A DNA stretch of 40,327 nucleotides, taken from the IMG/VR virus record IMGVR_UViG_3300005077_000042, positions 1-40,327 of that record. The stretch is one strand, 5' to 3'. The position numbers and the translations under genes were made by a program. How positions within the stretch are numbered: position 1 is the stretch's first letter; each line of letters begins with the position of its first letter. The notes under the pieces are model-generated. The model did no database searches and was not told the origin of the DNA. It saw only the letters and a program-made list of their open reading frames with translations. Shown piece by piece: positions 1 through 11,500 of this stretch. Source of the DNA: a virus (Duplodnaviria; Caudoviricetes).

Positions 1-2
1 TA

Positions 3-824
3 AAGACAGGAGATGTGTATGATCAGATCATGTCACGCATGGGAACAGCAATTCATGATTCAATTGAAACCAGCTGGAAATCCCACAAGCTGAAGAGTAT
101 TCTGGAACAGCTGAGATATCCAGCAGAGGTTGCAGAAAGAGTTGTGGTTAATCCAACCAATGATACTTCTGATCCAGATATTAATCCAGTTTATGTAGAG
201 ATCAGATCAGAAAAGGAAATTAATGGATGGACTGTTTCTGGTAAGTTTGATTTTGTAATTCAGGGTAAACTGGAGGATTTTAAATCTACAGGAACTTATA
301 ACTATATTTCTGGATCAAACAAATCCAGGTATATTAAACAAGGTTCTTTTTATCGTTGGCTCAATCCAGGGATTATCACTCATGATACTATACGCATTAA
401 TTATATCTTTACAGATTGGAATTCACAGAAAGCTCGTACTGACTATTCTTACCCGCAATGCAGGATTATATCAGAAGAGTATCCATTGATGAGTCTGGAA
501 GAAACAGAAATGCTTATTTCTTCCAAGCTGGCTGAGATCGATGCCAATATGAATAAATCTCAGGATGAGTTACCTGCGTGTACACCAGAAGAACTCTGGC
601 AACGAGAAACAGTGTATAAGTACTACAAGAATCCAAACAATCTATCCAGATCAACCAAGAATTTCGATACTTACGAAGAAGCTTTTGATAGACTGACTGC
701 AGATAATTCTGTTGGTATCATATCAAAAGTACCAGGAGAAGTAGTACGATGCAAATATTGTTCTGTTTGTAATCTTTGTAAACAAGCTCAAGAGTATAAA
801 GATTCAGGATTGCTCTTAATCTAA
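3..824 (+). CDS. PD-(D/E)xK exonuclease, N4 gp42-like (Cas4-like Cys cluster); probably 5'-truncated by the window edge
   Basis: Motifs GTAIHDSIE, E..SGKFD..LEDFKS and a C-terminal RCKYCSVCNLC cluster. The frame is open from position 3. Sits directly upstream of the primase, as in N4-like phages. Confidence 0.8.
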   Translation, partial: KTGDVYDQIMSRMGTAIHDSIETSWKSHKLKSILEQLRYPAEVAERVVVNPTNDTSDPDINPVYVEIRSEKEINGWTVSGKFDFVIQGKLEDFKSTGTYNYISGSNKSRYIKQGSFYRWLNPGIITHDTIRINYIFTDWNSQKARTDYSYPQCRIISEEYPLMSLEETEMLISSKLAEIDANMNKSQDELPACTPEELWQRETVYKYYKNPNNLSRSTKNFDTYEEAFDRLTADNSVGIISKVPGEVVRCKYCSVCNLCKQAQEYKDSGLLLI

Positions 825-833
825 AGGAGGACT

Positions 834-2981
834 ATGGATATAAACAACTTGCAGCATTTTCCACCGCTAGAAAGAATTACCAATATTCTAATGAATAAGA
901 CCCAGAACAGAAATGGGCATTTCTTTAGAATCTTAATGGCTTACTATTTCTGTAAGGTAGCAGCCACAATGCAAGTTAAGTTGCAAGTTGATGGTATTGG
1001 AACCATTCCAGTAAACATGTTTGCTTTTAATCTGGCTGTGAGTGGATCTGGCAAAGGTTATTCTACTGCTATTGTAGAGCAACAGATTCTCAACAGGTTT
1101 AAGGAGAATTTCTTAAATCGTACTTTACCGACAATAGCTAAGAATACTCTTAACAGGATTGTACTTAACAGATGTGCTTACGATCCAAACCTGGAAAAGA
1201 AAGCAGTTACATCAGGAACACTGGTTCAATATAAAAATCTTGGAGAGTATGTATTTTCATTTAATAGTGCTACTCCAGCAGCAATCCAACAGATAAGACA
1301 GAAAATCCAAATGAGTGGTATTGGATCTCTTAATCTGGAGATTGATGAGATTGGATTAAAGCTCAGCGGTAATACAGATTTCTTTCCTGCCTTCCTGGAA
1401 CTCTTCGATATTGGTCATCTAAAGAATAAGCTTACAAAAAATACAACTGATAATGAAAGGCTGGAAGATTTCAATACGCCTACTCCAGCTAACATGATGG
1501 CATTTGGTACTCCTGTGGATATTTTTATTCCAGGTTCCAAGCTGGAAGAACTGTTTCTTAGTCTTATTAAGAATGGTTATGGAAGAAGGTGTTTCTTTGG
1601 GTATTCCAGAACAGTTGATAGGCTTATGCCCAAAGATGAGAATGAACTGTATGCAATGCTTACAGATACTTCTTCTGAGAAAGAAATTCATGATCTTTCA
1701 ATGCAACTTGGAAGACTGGCAGATACACCAAATCATGGTGCAATACTTACAATGAGTAAGGATGTAACCATGAAGGTGCTAAAGTATCGATTAAACTGCC
1801 AATCCAGAGCTAAGAAATACAATGAGTATGAGGAGGAAAAGAAAGCAGAACTGGAGCACAGGTATTACAAATCACTTAAGTTGGCAGGTGCTTATGCTTT
1901 CGTGGATAATTCCCCTGAGATTACTGAAGCTCATTGGCTAGCTGCTGTAAAACTTGCTGAAGAATCTGGAGAACATTTCCTGAGAATCCTGGTAAGAGAA
2001 CAGCCTTATGAAGTTCTGGCAAAGTTTATTGTAAGCAGGGCTAAACCAATTACTGAGATTGATATCCAGGAAAGGTTCGGCTTCTTCAAGGGAACCAAGG
2101 AGTACAAGAAACATTTACTTCATCAAGCTGCTATATTTGGCTATACTAATAACCTCATTATTAAAAAAGAATTGATTGATGGTTTTGAATTCTATTCTGG
2201 TGAGACGCTTGAAGAAAGCTCACCAGATAAATCAATACTCTCCTACAGCGGAGACATTACAGAAGGATACATTCCTGTATGTGGAAGATTCGAAAGCGTG
2301 GCTCAACTTACACAGCTCAAAGGATTCCACTATACAGCTCATCAGTTTAATGGAGGCTATAGATCCTCGGCTAATGTAAAACCTGGATTTAATCTAGTTA
2401 TTCTGGATATGGATAATGGATTAGCCTTATCAACTGCACAGTTAATATTAAAAGATTACCAAGCCATATTTGCTACAACAAAGAGACATACCCCAGAAAA
2501 TAATAGATTTAGAATAATCCTTCCGCTTAGTCATGTTCTTCGATTGGATTCAGTTACTTATTCCAGGTTTATGGAAAACGTGTTTAATTGGCTTCCAATC
2601 CAAGTAGACACTGCTACAAAAGATATTGCTCGTAAATGGGAAACCAATCCAGGACATGTAGTTGTACAGAAAGGTAAATTATTAAATGCTTTACAATTTA
2701 TTCCGCACACTAAGAAGGAAGAAGAACATCTGGCAAAGATTAATGAATTCTCTGATCTACAGTCACTTGAAAAGTGGTTTATGATTAATACCGATAACGG
2801 TAATAGAAATAACCAGCTAATGAAGTATGCATTTGTTTTGTTGGATCATAAGTTGGATCTTCATACAATTCGCAGTAAAGTACATACTTTAAATAAAAGA
2901 TTTGATCTGCCACTTGCTGAAGAAGAGATTAATAATACCATTATGGTAACTATAGCTAACCGTTTAAAAGGAGCAAAATGA
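834..2981 (+). CDS. DNA primase, N4 gp43-like (N-terminal P-loop domain, primase domain, C-terminal PriCT-like domain)
   Basis: 715 aa. AVSGSGKG Walker A-like motif; LDMDNG and TTKRHTPENNRFRIILP primase motifs; C-terminal GNRNNQL..L..EE. SD AAGGAGG upstream. N4 synteny. Confidence 0.85.
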   Translation: MDINNLQHFPPLERITNILMNKTQNRNGHFFRILMAYYFCKVAATMQVKLQVDGIGTIPVNMFAFNLAVSGSGKGYSTAIVEQQILNRFKENFLNRTLPTIAKNTLNRIVLNRCAYDPNLEKKAVTSGTLVQYKNLGEYVFSFNSATPAAIQQIRQKIQMSGIGSLNLEIDEIGLKLSGNTDFFPAFLELFDIGHLKNKLTKNTTDNERLEDFNTPTPANMMAFGTPVDIFIPGSKLEELFLSLIKNGYGRRCFFGYSRTVDRLMPKDENELYAMLTDTSSEKEIHDLSMQLGRLADTPNHGAILTMSKDVTMKVLKYRLNCQSRAKKYNEYEEEKKAELEHRYYKSLKLAGAYAFVDNSPEITEAHWLAAVKLAEESGEHFLRILVREQPYEVLAKFIVSRAKPITEIDIQERFGFFKGTKEYKKHLLHQAAIFGYTNNLIIKKELIDGFEFYSGETLEESSPDKSILSYSGDITEGYIPVCGRFESVAQLTQLKGFHYTAHQFNGGYRSSANVKPGFNLVILDMDNGLALSTAQLILKDYQAIFATTKRHTPENNRFRIILPLSHVLRLDSVTYSRFMENVFNWLPIQVDTATKDIARKWETNPGHVVVQKGKLLNALQFIPHTKKEEEHLAKINEFSDLQSLEKWFMINTDNGNRNNQLMKYAFVLLDHKLDLHTIRSKVHTLNKRFDLPLAEEEINNTIMVTIANRLKGAK

Positions 2982-3706
2982 CTGAGTTTAAAAATGAATT
3001 AGTATTAATCAGCGGTAAGAGTTCTACTGGTAAATCCAGTTCTTTGCGGGATCTGGTAAACCCAGAGGGTGTAATTTACATTAACTGCGAAGGTAAAAGA
3101 TTACCATTCGTAAGTAAGTTTAAAGAGATAAGAATTAATCACCCTAATACCCTGTACAAAATCCTGCAAGAAAGCGCTGATCATGCAAGTTTTCATACGA
3201 TTGTGATTGATAGTCTCACATTCCTGATGGATATGTATGAGAGTTTGGTGGTTCTGAAATCATCAAATACTCAGAAAGCCTGGGGAGAATACAATCAGTA
3301 TTTCAAGAATCTCATGTATCAGTATGTTTACCCATCCAAGAAAGATGTCATATTCCTCGCTCATACAGGAGATGACTACAATCAAGCACAAGCTATTGTA
3401 GAAACCTCCGTAAAGATTAAAGGTAGTTTAAAAGATAGAGGAATTGAGTCTTTCTTTACCTCTGTTGTAAGCACAAAGAAAGTCTCCCTCCGGGAGTTGG
3501 AAGAGTATGGATCACCTCTACTTAATATAACCAATATGGATCAAAGGCTTGGTTATAAGTATGTGATCCAAACCATGCCCACTAAAGATACTTGTGGGGA
3601 ACGTATCCGTAATCCAATGGATATGTGGTCTTTTGAAGAAACCTTTATCGATAACAGTGCTCAAGCTGTTATGGATAGAATTAAAAAATATTATAAAGGA
3701 GTTTAA
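2978..3706 (+). CDS. AAA-family ATPase, N4 gp44-like (Sak4-like)
   Basis: Walker A GKSSTGKS, Walker B IVIDS, FLAH motif. ATGA overlap with the primase stop. Confidence 0.85.
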   Translation: MTEFKNELVLISGKSSTGKSSSLRDLVNPEGVIYINCEGKRLPFVSKFKEIRINHPNTLYKILQESADHASFHTIVIDSLTFLMDMYESLVVLKSSNTQKAWGEYNQYFKNLMYQYVYPSKKDVIFLAHTGDDYNQAQAIVETSVKIKGSLKDRGIESFFTSVVSTKKVSLRELEEYGSPLLNITNMDQRLGYKYVIQTMPTKDTCGERIRNPMDMWSFEETFIDNSAQAVMDRIKKYYKGV

Positions 3707-3708
3707 CT

Positions 3709-4437
3709 GTGGAACTTGCTAATTTAAAACGTGACAAATCAATCTCAAAATCCCAACCAATGATCAGTGGGCTTATGGCTTCCGATCTTTACACAATGGC
3801 AGTTGACACTGCTTACCTGGAAAAGTCCTCGGGTGGAGCATTGTGTGTAAAGATTTCCTTTGTGGATCGGATTGGACACAAGCTGAACATTACCGAGTAT
3901 GTTACTTCTGGGGATGCCAAAGGGAATAAGAATTACTTTGAGAAGAACGGAAAGAAATTCTATCTTCCTGGGTTTGATATTATTAATAATATCTGTTTGC
4001 TTGCTGCAGGCAGAGAACTTGGTGATATCATTGCAACCAAGAAAACCATGAATATCCAGGCTTGGGATTGGAAAACCAGATCTATGCAAACTGCCCCCAA
4101 AGAGGTACTTTCAGATCTGATCGGAAAAGAAATAATGCTTGGCGTTGTACAGCGCAAAGTAAACAAGCAGAGGAAAACAGCTGAAGGTAAATATGTTCCT
4201 ACTGCTGAGATACGCAATGAAAACGCTGTAAGTGCAGTATTCCGTGCATCTGATGGAAGTCTTCTGGAAGAAATTGAAGCTAAGACTGCTCCTTTGTACA
4301 AGGATCAGTGGTTGGCTACTTTCAAGGATAAAATCATTGATAAGACTGTTCCGGTTGAGGAAGAATCCGCTGCAACTGCGGGAGTATCCTTCAATGAAAC
4401 TGTAGATGCAGAAGCAGTTAAAGCAATGTTTCCGTGA
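3709..4437 (+). CDS. single-stranded DNA-binding protein, N4 gp45-like
   Basis: 242 aa. AYLEKSSGGA, YVTSGDAKGNKNYFEKNGKKFYLPGF and acidic C-tail resemble N4-like SSBs. Position after the AAA ATPase. GTG start with AAGGAG SD. Confidence 0.8.
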   Translation: MELANLKRDKSISKSQPMISGLMASDLYTMAVDTAYLEKSSGGALCVKISFVDRIGHKLNITEYVTSGDAKGNKNYFEKNGKKFYLPGFDIINNICLLAAGRELGDIIATKKTMNIQAWDWKTRSMQTAPKEVLSDLIGKEIMLGVVQRKVNKQRKTAEGKYVPTAEIRNENAVSAVFRASDGSLLEEIEAKTAPLYKDQWLATFKDKIIDKTVPVEEESAATAGVSFNETVDAEAVKAMFP

Positions 4438-4925
4438 TGAAGAGCTTCATCGGGGTAGACCCTGGCAAGAAAGGAGCTTACTGCCTGTTAATTCCTGAAA
4501 AGAAGGAGATATCTTTTATTGATGGTTCAGTAAACCAGAAAGATATCTTCTATTCCCTGCAGAAAATCCAGAAAAATACCAGCATTCAATCAGTATGCGT
4601 AGAGGATGTTCATAGCCTTTATGGAATGAGTGCTGGTTCAAATTTCGTATTTGGAAGAAATGTTGAAATTCCAAATACAATATTAACTATACTGGATATC
4701 CCCTTTCATCTGGTGCAGCCTAAGGTATGGCAGAAGTATATTGGCATTATTGAAAAGGGAAAAGATATCAAGCCTGCAGTTTTGCAGAAGTGTATGGAAT
4801 TTTATCCAGATTCAGTAAGCTTACTCCACGGTAAGCGTGGAGGATTGCTAGATGGTAGAAGTGATTCCTTAATGATTGCCCATTATGCATTTAAACATTC
4901 TATAACAGGATTAAATGAAAGTTAA
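4437..4925 (+). CDS. RuvC-like Holliday junction resolvase
   Basis: IGVDPGKKGA, VEDVHS, F.FG, VQPKVWQK and DGRSDSLMIA phage RuvC-like motifs. The ATG at 4437 overlaps the SSB stop; GTG at 4434 is an alternative start. Confidence 0.85.
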   Translation: MKSFIGVDPGKKGAYCLLIPEKKEISFIDGSVNQKDIFYSLQKIQKNTSIQSVCVEDVHSLYGMSAGSNFVFGRNVEIPNTILTILDIPFHLVQPKVWQKYIGIIEKGKDIKPAVLQKCMEFYPDSVSLLHGKRGGLLDGRSDSLMIAHYAFKHSITGLNES

Positions 4926-5340
4926 AGTAGAACAAAACGATCTCATACGTGCTTTAAAGGGCTATGTTGAACACCTTGGTATTTCACTTGCCAATAAGGA
5001 GGTATCAGTTGAATTTAAAGCAGGTAGAACCAGCCGTACAACTGGCAAAAAGAATCCCAGCTATGCTGTTATTGAGATCATCGAAACTAAAGACAGTTTT
5101 GCTGGGCTTGAACCTCAAGAACCCGATGCTGTACATTCAGGTCTTGGTTATGTTGTACCCTCTGTTGGAAACATCACAGAAGAAGATCTTTCAGACTCGT
5201 CTTATACAGAGTTTGATGATGACTATGAGGGGGAAAGACAAAACACAGGAGTAGGAGATTCTGCTGAAAATCCTGTGGTTATTGATTTGGGTTCGGAAGA
5301 AGAAGGAGAAACAATCGATTTCAATAAATTATTCCCATGA
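4915..5340 (+). CDS. hypothetical protein (basic N-terminal domain, acidic C-terminal tail)
   Basis: 141-aa ORF overlapping both neighbours. MKVKVEQNDLIRALKGYV..V.FKAGR N-terminus resembles a small conserved gene at this position in N4-like phages. Confidence 0.65.
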   Translation: MKVKVEQNDLIRALKGYVEHLGISLANKEVSVEFKAGRTSRTTGKKNPSYAVIEIIETKDSFAGLEPQEPDAVHSGLGYVVPSVGNITEEDLSDSSYTEFDDDYEGERQNTGVGDSAENPVVIDLGSEEEGETIDFNKLFP

Positions 5341-5519
5341 AAATACTTGAAGCAGCAGCTACTACAATATCAGTAATAATATTACTGATAATAGGTGCTG
5401 GTGTAACAGTATTTTTGTACGCTATGGGAGGAATTATTGGATTGTTGGGTACTTTCTTTATAACCGGATTAGTGTCGTATATTCTAATCCGGTTAGTTTT
5501 AATGGAGATATGTGATTAG
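5337..5519 (+). CDS. small membrane protein (two hydrophobic segments)
   Basis: 60 aa, almost entirely hydrophobic. ATGA coupling to the upstream gene. Its stop overlaps the convergent vRNAP stop. Confidence 0.6.
   Translation: MKILEAAATTISVIILLIIGAGVTVFLYAMGGIIGLLGTFFITGLVSYILIRLVLMEICD
5461..5500. terminator. perfect 12-bp hairpin at the junction of the convergent operons; putative (bidirectional) terminator
   Basis: TAACCGGATTAG (5461-5472) pairs with CTAATCCGGTTA (5484-5495), 11-nt loop, followed by GTTTT on +. It lies 20 nt past the vRNAP stop on -. Confidence 0.5.
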
Positions 5520-8500
5520 AATCCAATCTCAACATGAGTAATTGGAACTGAAGCACCGTATCCAAACAAGTACCCAATCAACTTAATCCTATTAATGATT
5601 CCAGCTAATAAAGTAGAATCAGAAATAGTTGGTACATCAACACCAGAAAGAGAACGAAGCATTAAGAAAGAAAGAGTTGAAGCAGGTCTTTCAGTAACAG
5701 TTTTATAAACCACCTTTTGGATTCTAAACAAGAATTTAGTAAACATCATGAATCCAATATCGTTCATGTACTGCATCTCAGGGGATGTAGGAGTATCATA
5801 ATTAACAAAGGTTTCTACTACTTCGTTAAGAATATCCTGCATCCTTTCTTTATACCTTGCATCAACAGGCTTAAGGTTCTCTCTTTCAACCTCACTTATA
5901 CGATGCTTCCACAAAGCATACCTGCCAATAAAATCTCCATACTGAGTCATTTTGTAAAGGAACTGATAGAGAGCTGTATCCCTGGATATCCAGGCGTACT
6001 TAGCTGCTTTCAACATTGGTACAGGAAGCTTCTGTGCTATCTTCTGATCTACAAAGTTGGCTATTTTGGAACCAGTGTTGTAGATATTGGAATCTACCTC
6101 AATATCTTCAATAATACTCTGGAACATTCCCTCCTCAAGCAATGAAGCTACTGGATTAGTATCCATTCTTTTCTGAAGTTCAGCTATTTCATTTTTAAGC
6201 TTATTCCTCTGAGAAGTAGTTCCTTTGAAAGTAGCTATCTGCCTTTCAAGCATTCCTTGTTTCTCCCAATCTTTGTAATAACTATCAAGAGCTGAGTAAG
6301 CTTCTCTCTGGTATTTTACAATATCAGATGGGGGTACTCCTTTAATGTAAAGCAATACAAAGTTACTTGCTAAGTTTCCTAAGAGAACATTAACTGATTT
6401 AACTACAATAAGATCTTTTATTATTTTAACAAAATCCTGAATAATATTCTCTGCTGCTCTTAAAGGAACATTCCCTTTGTAATGGATCTTTGGGAAGTTC
6501 TTAAGCAGAAGATTATTCATATTAAGCAGAAAATTATTAGTAATCTGCCCTATTTCAACTCCAAACACTTTAGCATTTACAATTGATGCTTTACGGTAGC
6601 CAAACATTAAATCTAACAGCTCAGCTCTTACATGCATCTTCTTTTCACCCCAAACTTGCTTCATGTATTCTTTGGTGGCTTTAGGAAGTAACTTATAAAT
6701 CTCTTTGTATTGATCACCATCTGCAGTATCAGCAGAAATCGTAATGAATTCATGATCCCCTGTGTAATGCTGATCATAGTCTTCTTTAGCAAGATCAATC
6801 ATCTCTTCATTGATAGAGCGGCTTGCTGATTTATCAACAATGGAACTGTTTGTCATACCGAGAGTCTTTTCAATTCTCTCATCCTGCTCAAGGATATCCC
6901 TACGTACCTTATAAGATAATACAAACCTGAAGTCCACTATATTACCTTTATTGTTAACCAGGGGAAGAGCATATTTCTCTTTTACATTACGTAGATCTCC
7001 TACAACAGGAGGATTCTTCCAGTAATTTTTATTAAGATCTCTCATTAAATCCATCTCATCACTGAGAGAGGAAGAATGAGGATTATAACCAGCACTGTAG
7101 TAAATATCCTGCAATGTGGTTCCCATATTGGATTCGGAAGTAATGGAAGCAATGGTTCTAATACGCTCACGTAAGGTAGCATCCCTGGTAACAAATAAAT
7201 AAACCTTGCTTGTTGAAGGAATAGTACCAAGAGTTTTTAAAGGCTTATCAGATAAAAGAGTATATCCCTCTTTCTCAAGCTGCTCTTTCTCATCCAGAGA
7301 ACCAATCTTAATATGAACTCTGGGATTGGTTATCTTAGCAGTGTACCCTTTCTGCATTAAAGCTTCATTGTTTTCAAAAAGTTTCTTCTTGGATTCTTCA
7401 TTAAGCCAACGATGAATATACACAGATTCTGTAATACCATTCTTTTTAGAATCGGCAGCATATTCAGCATTAATAAGTTCAATCATTTTAAGCTTATCAG
7501 TATTCTTTGAATATTTTAAAGCATACAGGGAAGCTAATTGATCAATGGTTTGGATAGTTCTTAAGCTTACTTTATCTGTTGAAAAGCTAGTACCAAATCT
7601 CCTAGCAATATTATTTGCATTAAGATTTAATCCACTTACAACAACTTCTCCAGTAACCATAAAGTAACCCAACCCATTAGCCTGGGAATTGTAATAATCT
7701 ACCAGCTGTGATTTGGTTATGGATTTGAGATAAGCAACTCTCTTATCAATTTCCTTGTCAATCTCTACTTCACTACCAAGCATAGCAATCAATTCATCTT
7801 TGCTATACTTATCAAAGATAGCTTGAAGATCTGTATCACATACAATTCTGTGTAATACCTTTCTATTCTCTTCCGAACCTTTCAGAACAGATGAAAGCAT
7901 ATTATCCATTACATATTGTTCTGTAATGTATGCTTCATGCTTTCTTGCTTGGTCAATAACCTTCTTGGCTTTTCGATGCAAGGTATGCCATTTCTCATCT
8001 ACTTTTCTTTCTCCTGTAACAATCTCTCTGGCAAGCTTCATCCAAAAGCTGGTTTCTACTAAGCCAATCCTTCTACGGAATTGATGGAAGAGAGCTATCA
8101 TTTCTTCTCTCTGAGCCAATCTGAATAACCCAATAGGCATCCCCAGTACAGCAACCAGTTTATTACCTCTCTCAGCTCCATGCTTGTAATAGAATGCTTC
8201 AAGAGGTTTGAATACCCATTTCTTGATCTTGGATACTGCAAGAGCATCCAGATCTTTCTCGTGGAAATGTGTCTGTACCCAGCTGGCTTTTACATCTTTG
8301 GTTTGCTGGATTTTACTGATAAGAGTGAAAAGAGCTTCATCTGCTCCTTTACCCTGAATCTTATAAAATCTATTACTGATATAATCCAATAAAGCATTCC
8401 AGTAATAAGTAAGCTTTTCAAAGATATTCTTAGATTTATCCTCTGATTTTCTTACAGAGATCTTCTGTAATGCTTTAATAAATGCTTCGTTGGTTAATCC

Positions 8501-11500
8501 ATAAGCAACAAACTCATACAGGCCATTCCCTGTAGAGTTAAAGATATAATCCCATATCTCCTGTGCTTCTTTCTTGGCTTCTTCTTGAAGTGCAGCATCT
8601 ATTGCTGGATCACCTGTGGGTTGGATAGGAATAATCAAATCCTCAGGTTTAATTTTACTCTTAGCCAAGTCATACAGTTTTACTACCTGGCGTTTAATAC
8701 TGAAGTTCTTATCCAGCAAAGTATGTGCAACAGTGTGTACAAGCTCATGAACATATACTTCCTGAGCTGATTTACCTGTTACACTAGGGAAAGCAGGATT
8801 AGTTGGAGCAGTAGAAATAAAGATATCCTTATCATTAACAGTAATACCTGCATTTCTGTTACCTTCAGCAAAGGATACGGTTACTTCATTATGTGGGCGA
8901 AGTATTTTATTTACAATCCCATTCAGAACAGAGAGTAATCTACTCCTGTGCTCTGTATTCTCCTGTTTATTACCGAGCTTGTGGAGATCTTCAAATATCT
9001 CAAATAAGCTTATTGGATTAATATCATTAATAATACTATTACTAAAGTCAGCATCAAGCGTAGCAGAAGCTTCTGAACCAAGAGTATCCTTTTCTTTCTC
9101 CAGGCTCTTAGTTACTTCATCAATTAGCTTAGCAGCTTCCTGTTGTTCAGTAACTTCTGTTTTGGTTTCGGGAGCAGCAGCATTTAGCAGCATCACTCCA
9201 CCAGGGATAGGATATTGATCTATACCAGTGATAGCTTCCAACATTTGCTGTCTGGCAGATACGCTACTTATCTGAACATTCCGAATTTGAGCAAGAAGAA
9301 TTTCTACAATACTTCCCTCTTCATCGGGATCAACTTTATTATGAGTAAGAAATGGTTTATTGTTTTTAAGCTGTGTATTTAATACATCCAAGCGAGAAAC
9401 AGAGCCTTCTAAGGGTTGCTTTTCATCTCTTTTTTTAATCCAACGAATGATATCATTTAATCTGTTATTAATAACAGATAATCCATGATGTTCTGTATTA
9501 ACCTTCAGAAAAGCAGCATTATGTAAATTACCTCTGGTTTCAATATCCATGAAAGAACCAACAGAAGCATCATGAATATTCAGAATATGCTGAGAGAACA
9601 TTACCAGCAGCTGTACAACAACATCCTTATTATGGATATCAAACAGAGTTGCTTTACCTCCTGGCTCAGTAAAAACCATACCAGTAGGAGTACTTACAGT
9701 AGATTTACTGTTACCTACTTTCTGATTATATACTTGCTGTTGTCTATCTGTTTCATAATTAGCTGTTCTAGTAGTATCCAGAACAGATATCCAGGTAGAT
9801 TTATCTTTTGAAAAGTAACCTCTGAATGATGGATGGATTGCTTCCAGTGAAGCAAGTATTTCATACTTCTCTTCTGAGCTAAGATCTCTTTCAATCTCAG
9901 TTTCTTCAAAAATCTTCTGTTTTAATTTACTTTCTTCTTCTTTATAGATCAGATTAAAAGCTTCAAACATCAGAGAAGTAGCTCTATCCATTGCAAGCTT
10001 GTAGGTATCTAATCCACCAAATAAAGAATTCATTGAACCAGTAATAGCTTCTCCATATGTACCATTTATTACTGTCTTTAATCTTTTTGACGCATATTGC
10101 TTGTATTCCTTTTTATCATAAACATCTTCAATTTGAAATTTTAGAGCATTATTACGATCTATTTTAAATTTAAACTTACTGCCTGGTTTACTCATTAAAA
10201 CAGTAATAGCATTTTCTATTTCAGCTATACGCTCTGGAGTTACATTATTTCCTACATGGCATTCAGCTACAGCATCTTTAATATTATCAAGTATTGCATT
10301 ATAAATTGCTGTTTGAATACTTTTTACTCCAGCACCAAAGTTCTTGGGAATTACTCCTTCCTTGACAAACTTTCTACCGAAAGAGGTAACTTTAGTAATG
10401 TTACCTTCTGCATCCCGTTCAGCGAAGTCATTAATAAATAAACTAAGAGCAGCCAGGTAAGGCTTAGCTTCAACCTCTGTTTCAGCATTAAGCTTAACAG
10501 AAGTTAATTCAGATAAAGATTCTGCTGCTTTCTTGGCTACCATTTCATAGATATCCAAGCTCTCAGGGTTATCATACCATTCTGCAAAGGATCTCTGTCC
10601 TCCTGTAAGAACTCCACAAGCATTCAGCAGACTTATGACACTCTCATCAAATATCCCATTCTCATTAATTGCTGCCTGCATAATACTGAAGGCAATACCG
10701 TTTGTTTTACCATCAATCTCTACAGTAAGATCAGTAGTAAATGGTTTATCCGTAAGAGTTAAGGAAGTATCTCCTTCTTTTACTTCATTAACTGCTTTAG
10801 TTAATTCAATTAATCCTTTGAGAGATGCATAACCTTCGCCATATTTCTCAACTGCTTCAAGAATGATCTTTTGATCTACTTCTTTGTTTCCTTTCTGAAG
10901 CTGCTGTAAAACACGGATAGTCTCTACCAGCATTGGATTCTTAAACTCTTCCTCTACCTTTGCAATGATAGTTTCTATATCTTTTATCTTGGATATTTTG
11001 ATATCAAGAGCTTGTCCAATGCCAACCAGGAACTTTCTCTTCATTTCAGGATCAGAGAAGTCTACATTAACAATCCATGCTTTATCAGATAAAACCATAC
11101 GGTGCATCTTGTGGTGGAGCATATTGACTGTATTGGATTTTAATCCAATCCTTCCAGATTTCCACTGTTCAGATGTAAAGAATAAATCCTGATCTGGGTT
11201 CTCTTTTAGAGATTCCAGCAGATCCATCAGATCTCTGTATTGCTTATGCAGAATATTGTTCTTACTCTTTATTGCCTTAGCTTTATCAACATGCTTGTTT
11301 GTTGGATCAGCAAATCCTCCAATAGCTAGAATAATATCCAAATCAATTGAAGGAAATACCTGCCCAGCAGAAGTGTTAGTAGTCCAAGCTCTGCTTTCAT
11401 GTTTGGAAAGAATATCATTCACTTCATCAGAAACAAACTGAGTGGAGTTCTTAACTTTTCTTCTCTTTGGTTTCTGTGGTTTCTCAAACGATACACCTTC

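Noticed and set aside
8735-8749. C-terminal HELVH zincin motif of vRNAP as a novelty
   Set aside because: This motif (HELxH..EF.A..L.N) is a usual feature of N4-like vRNAP C-terminal domains.
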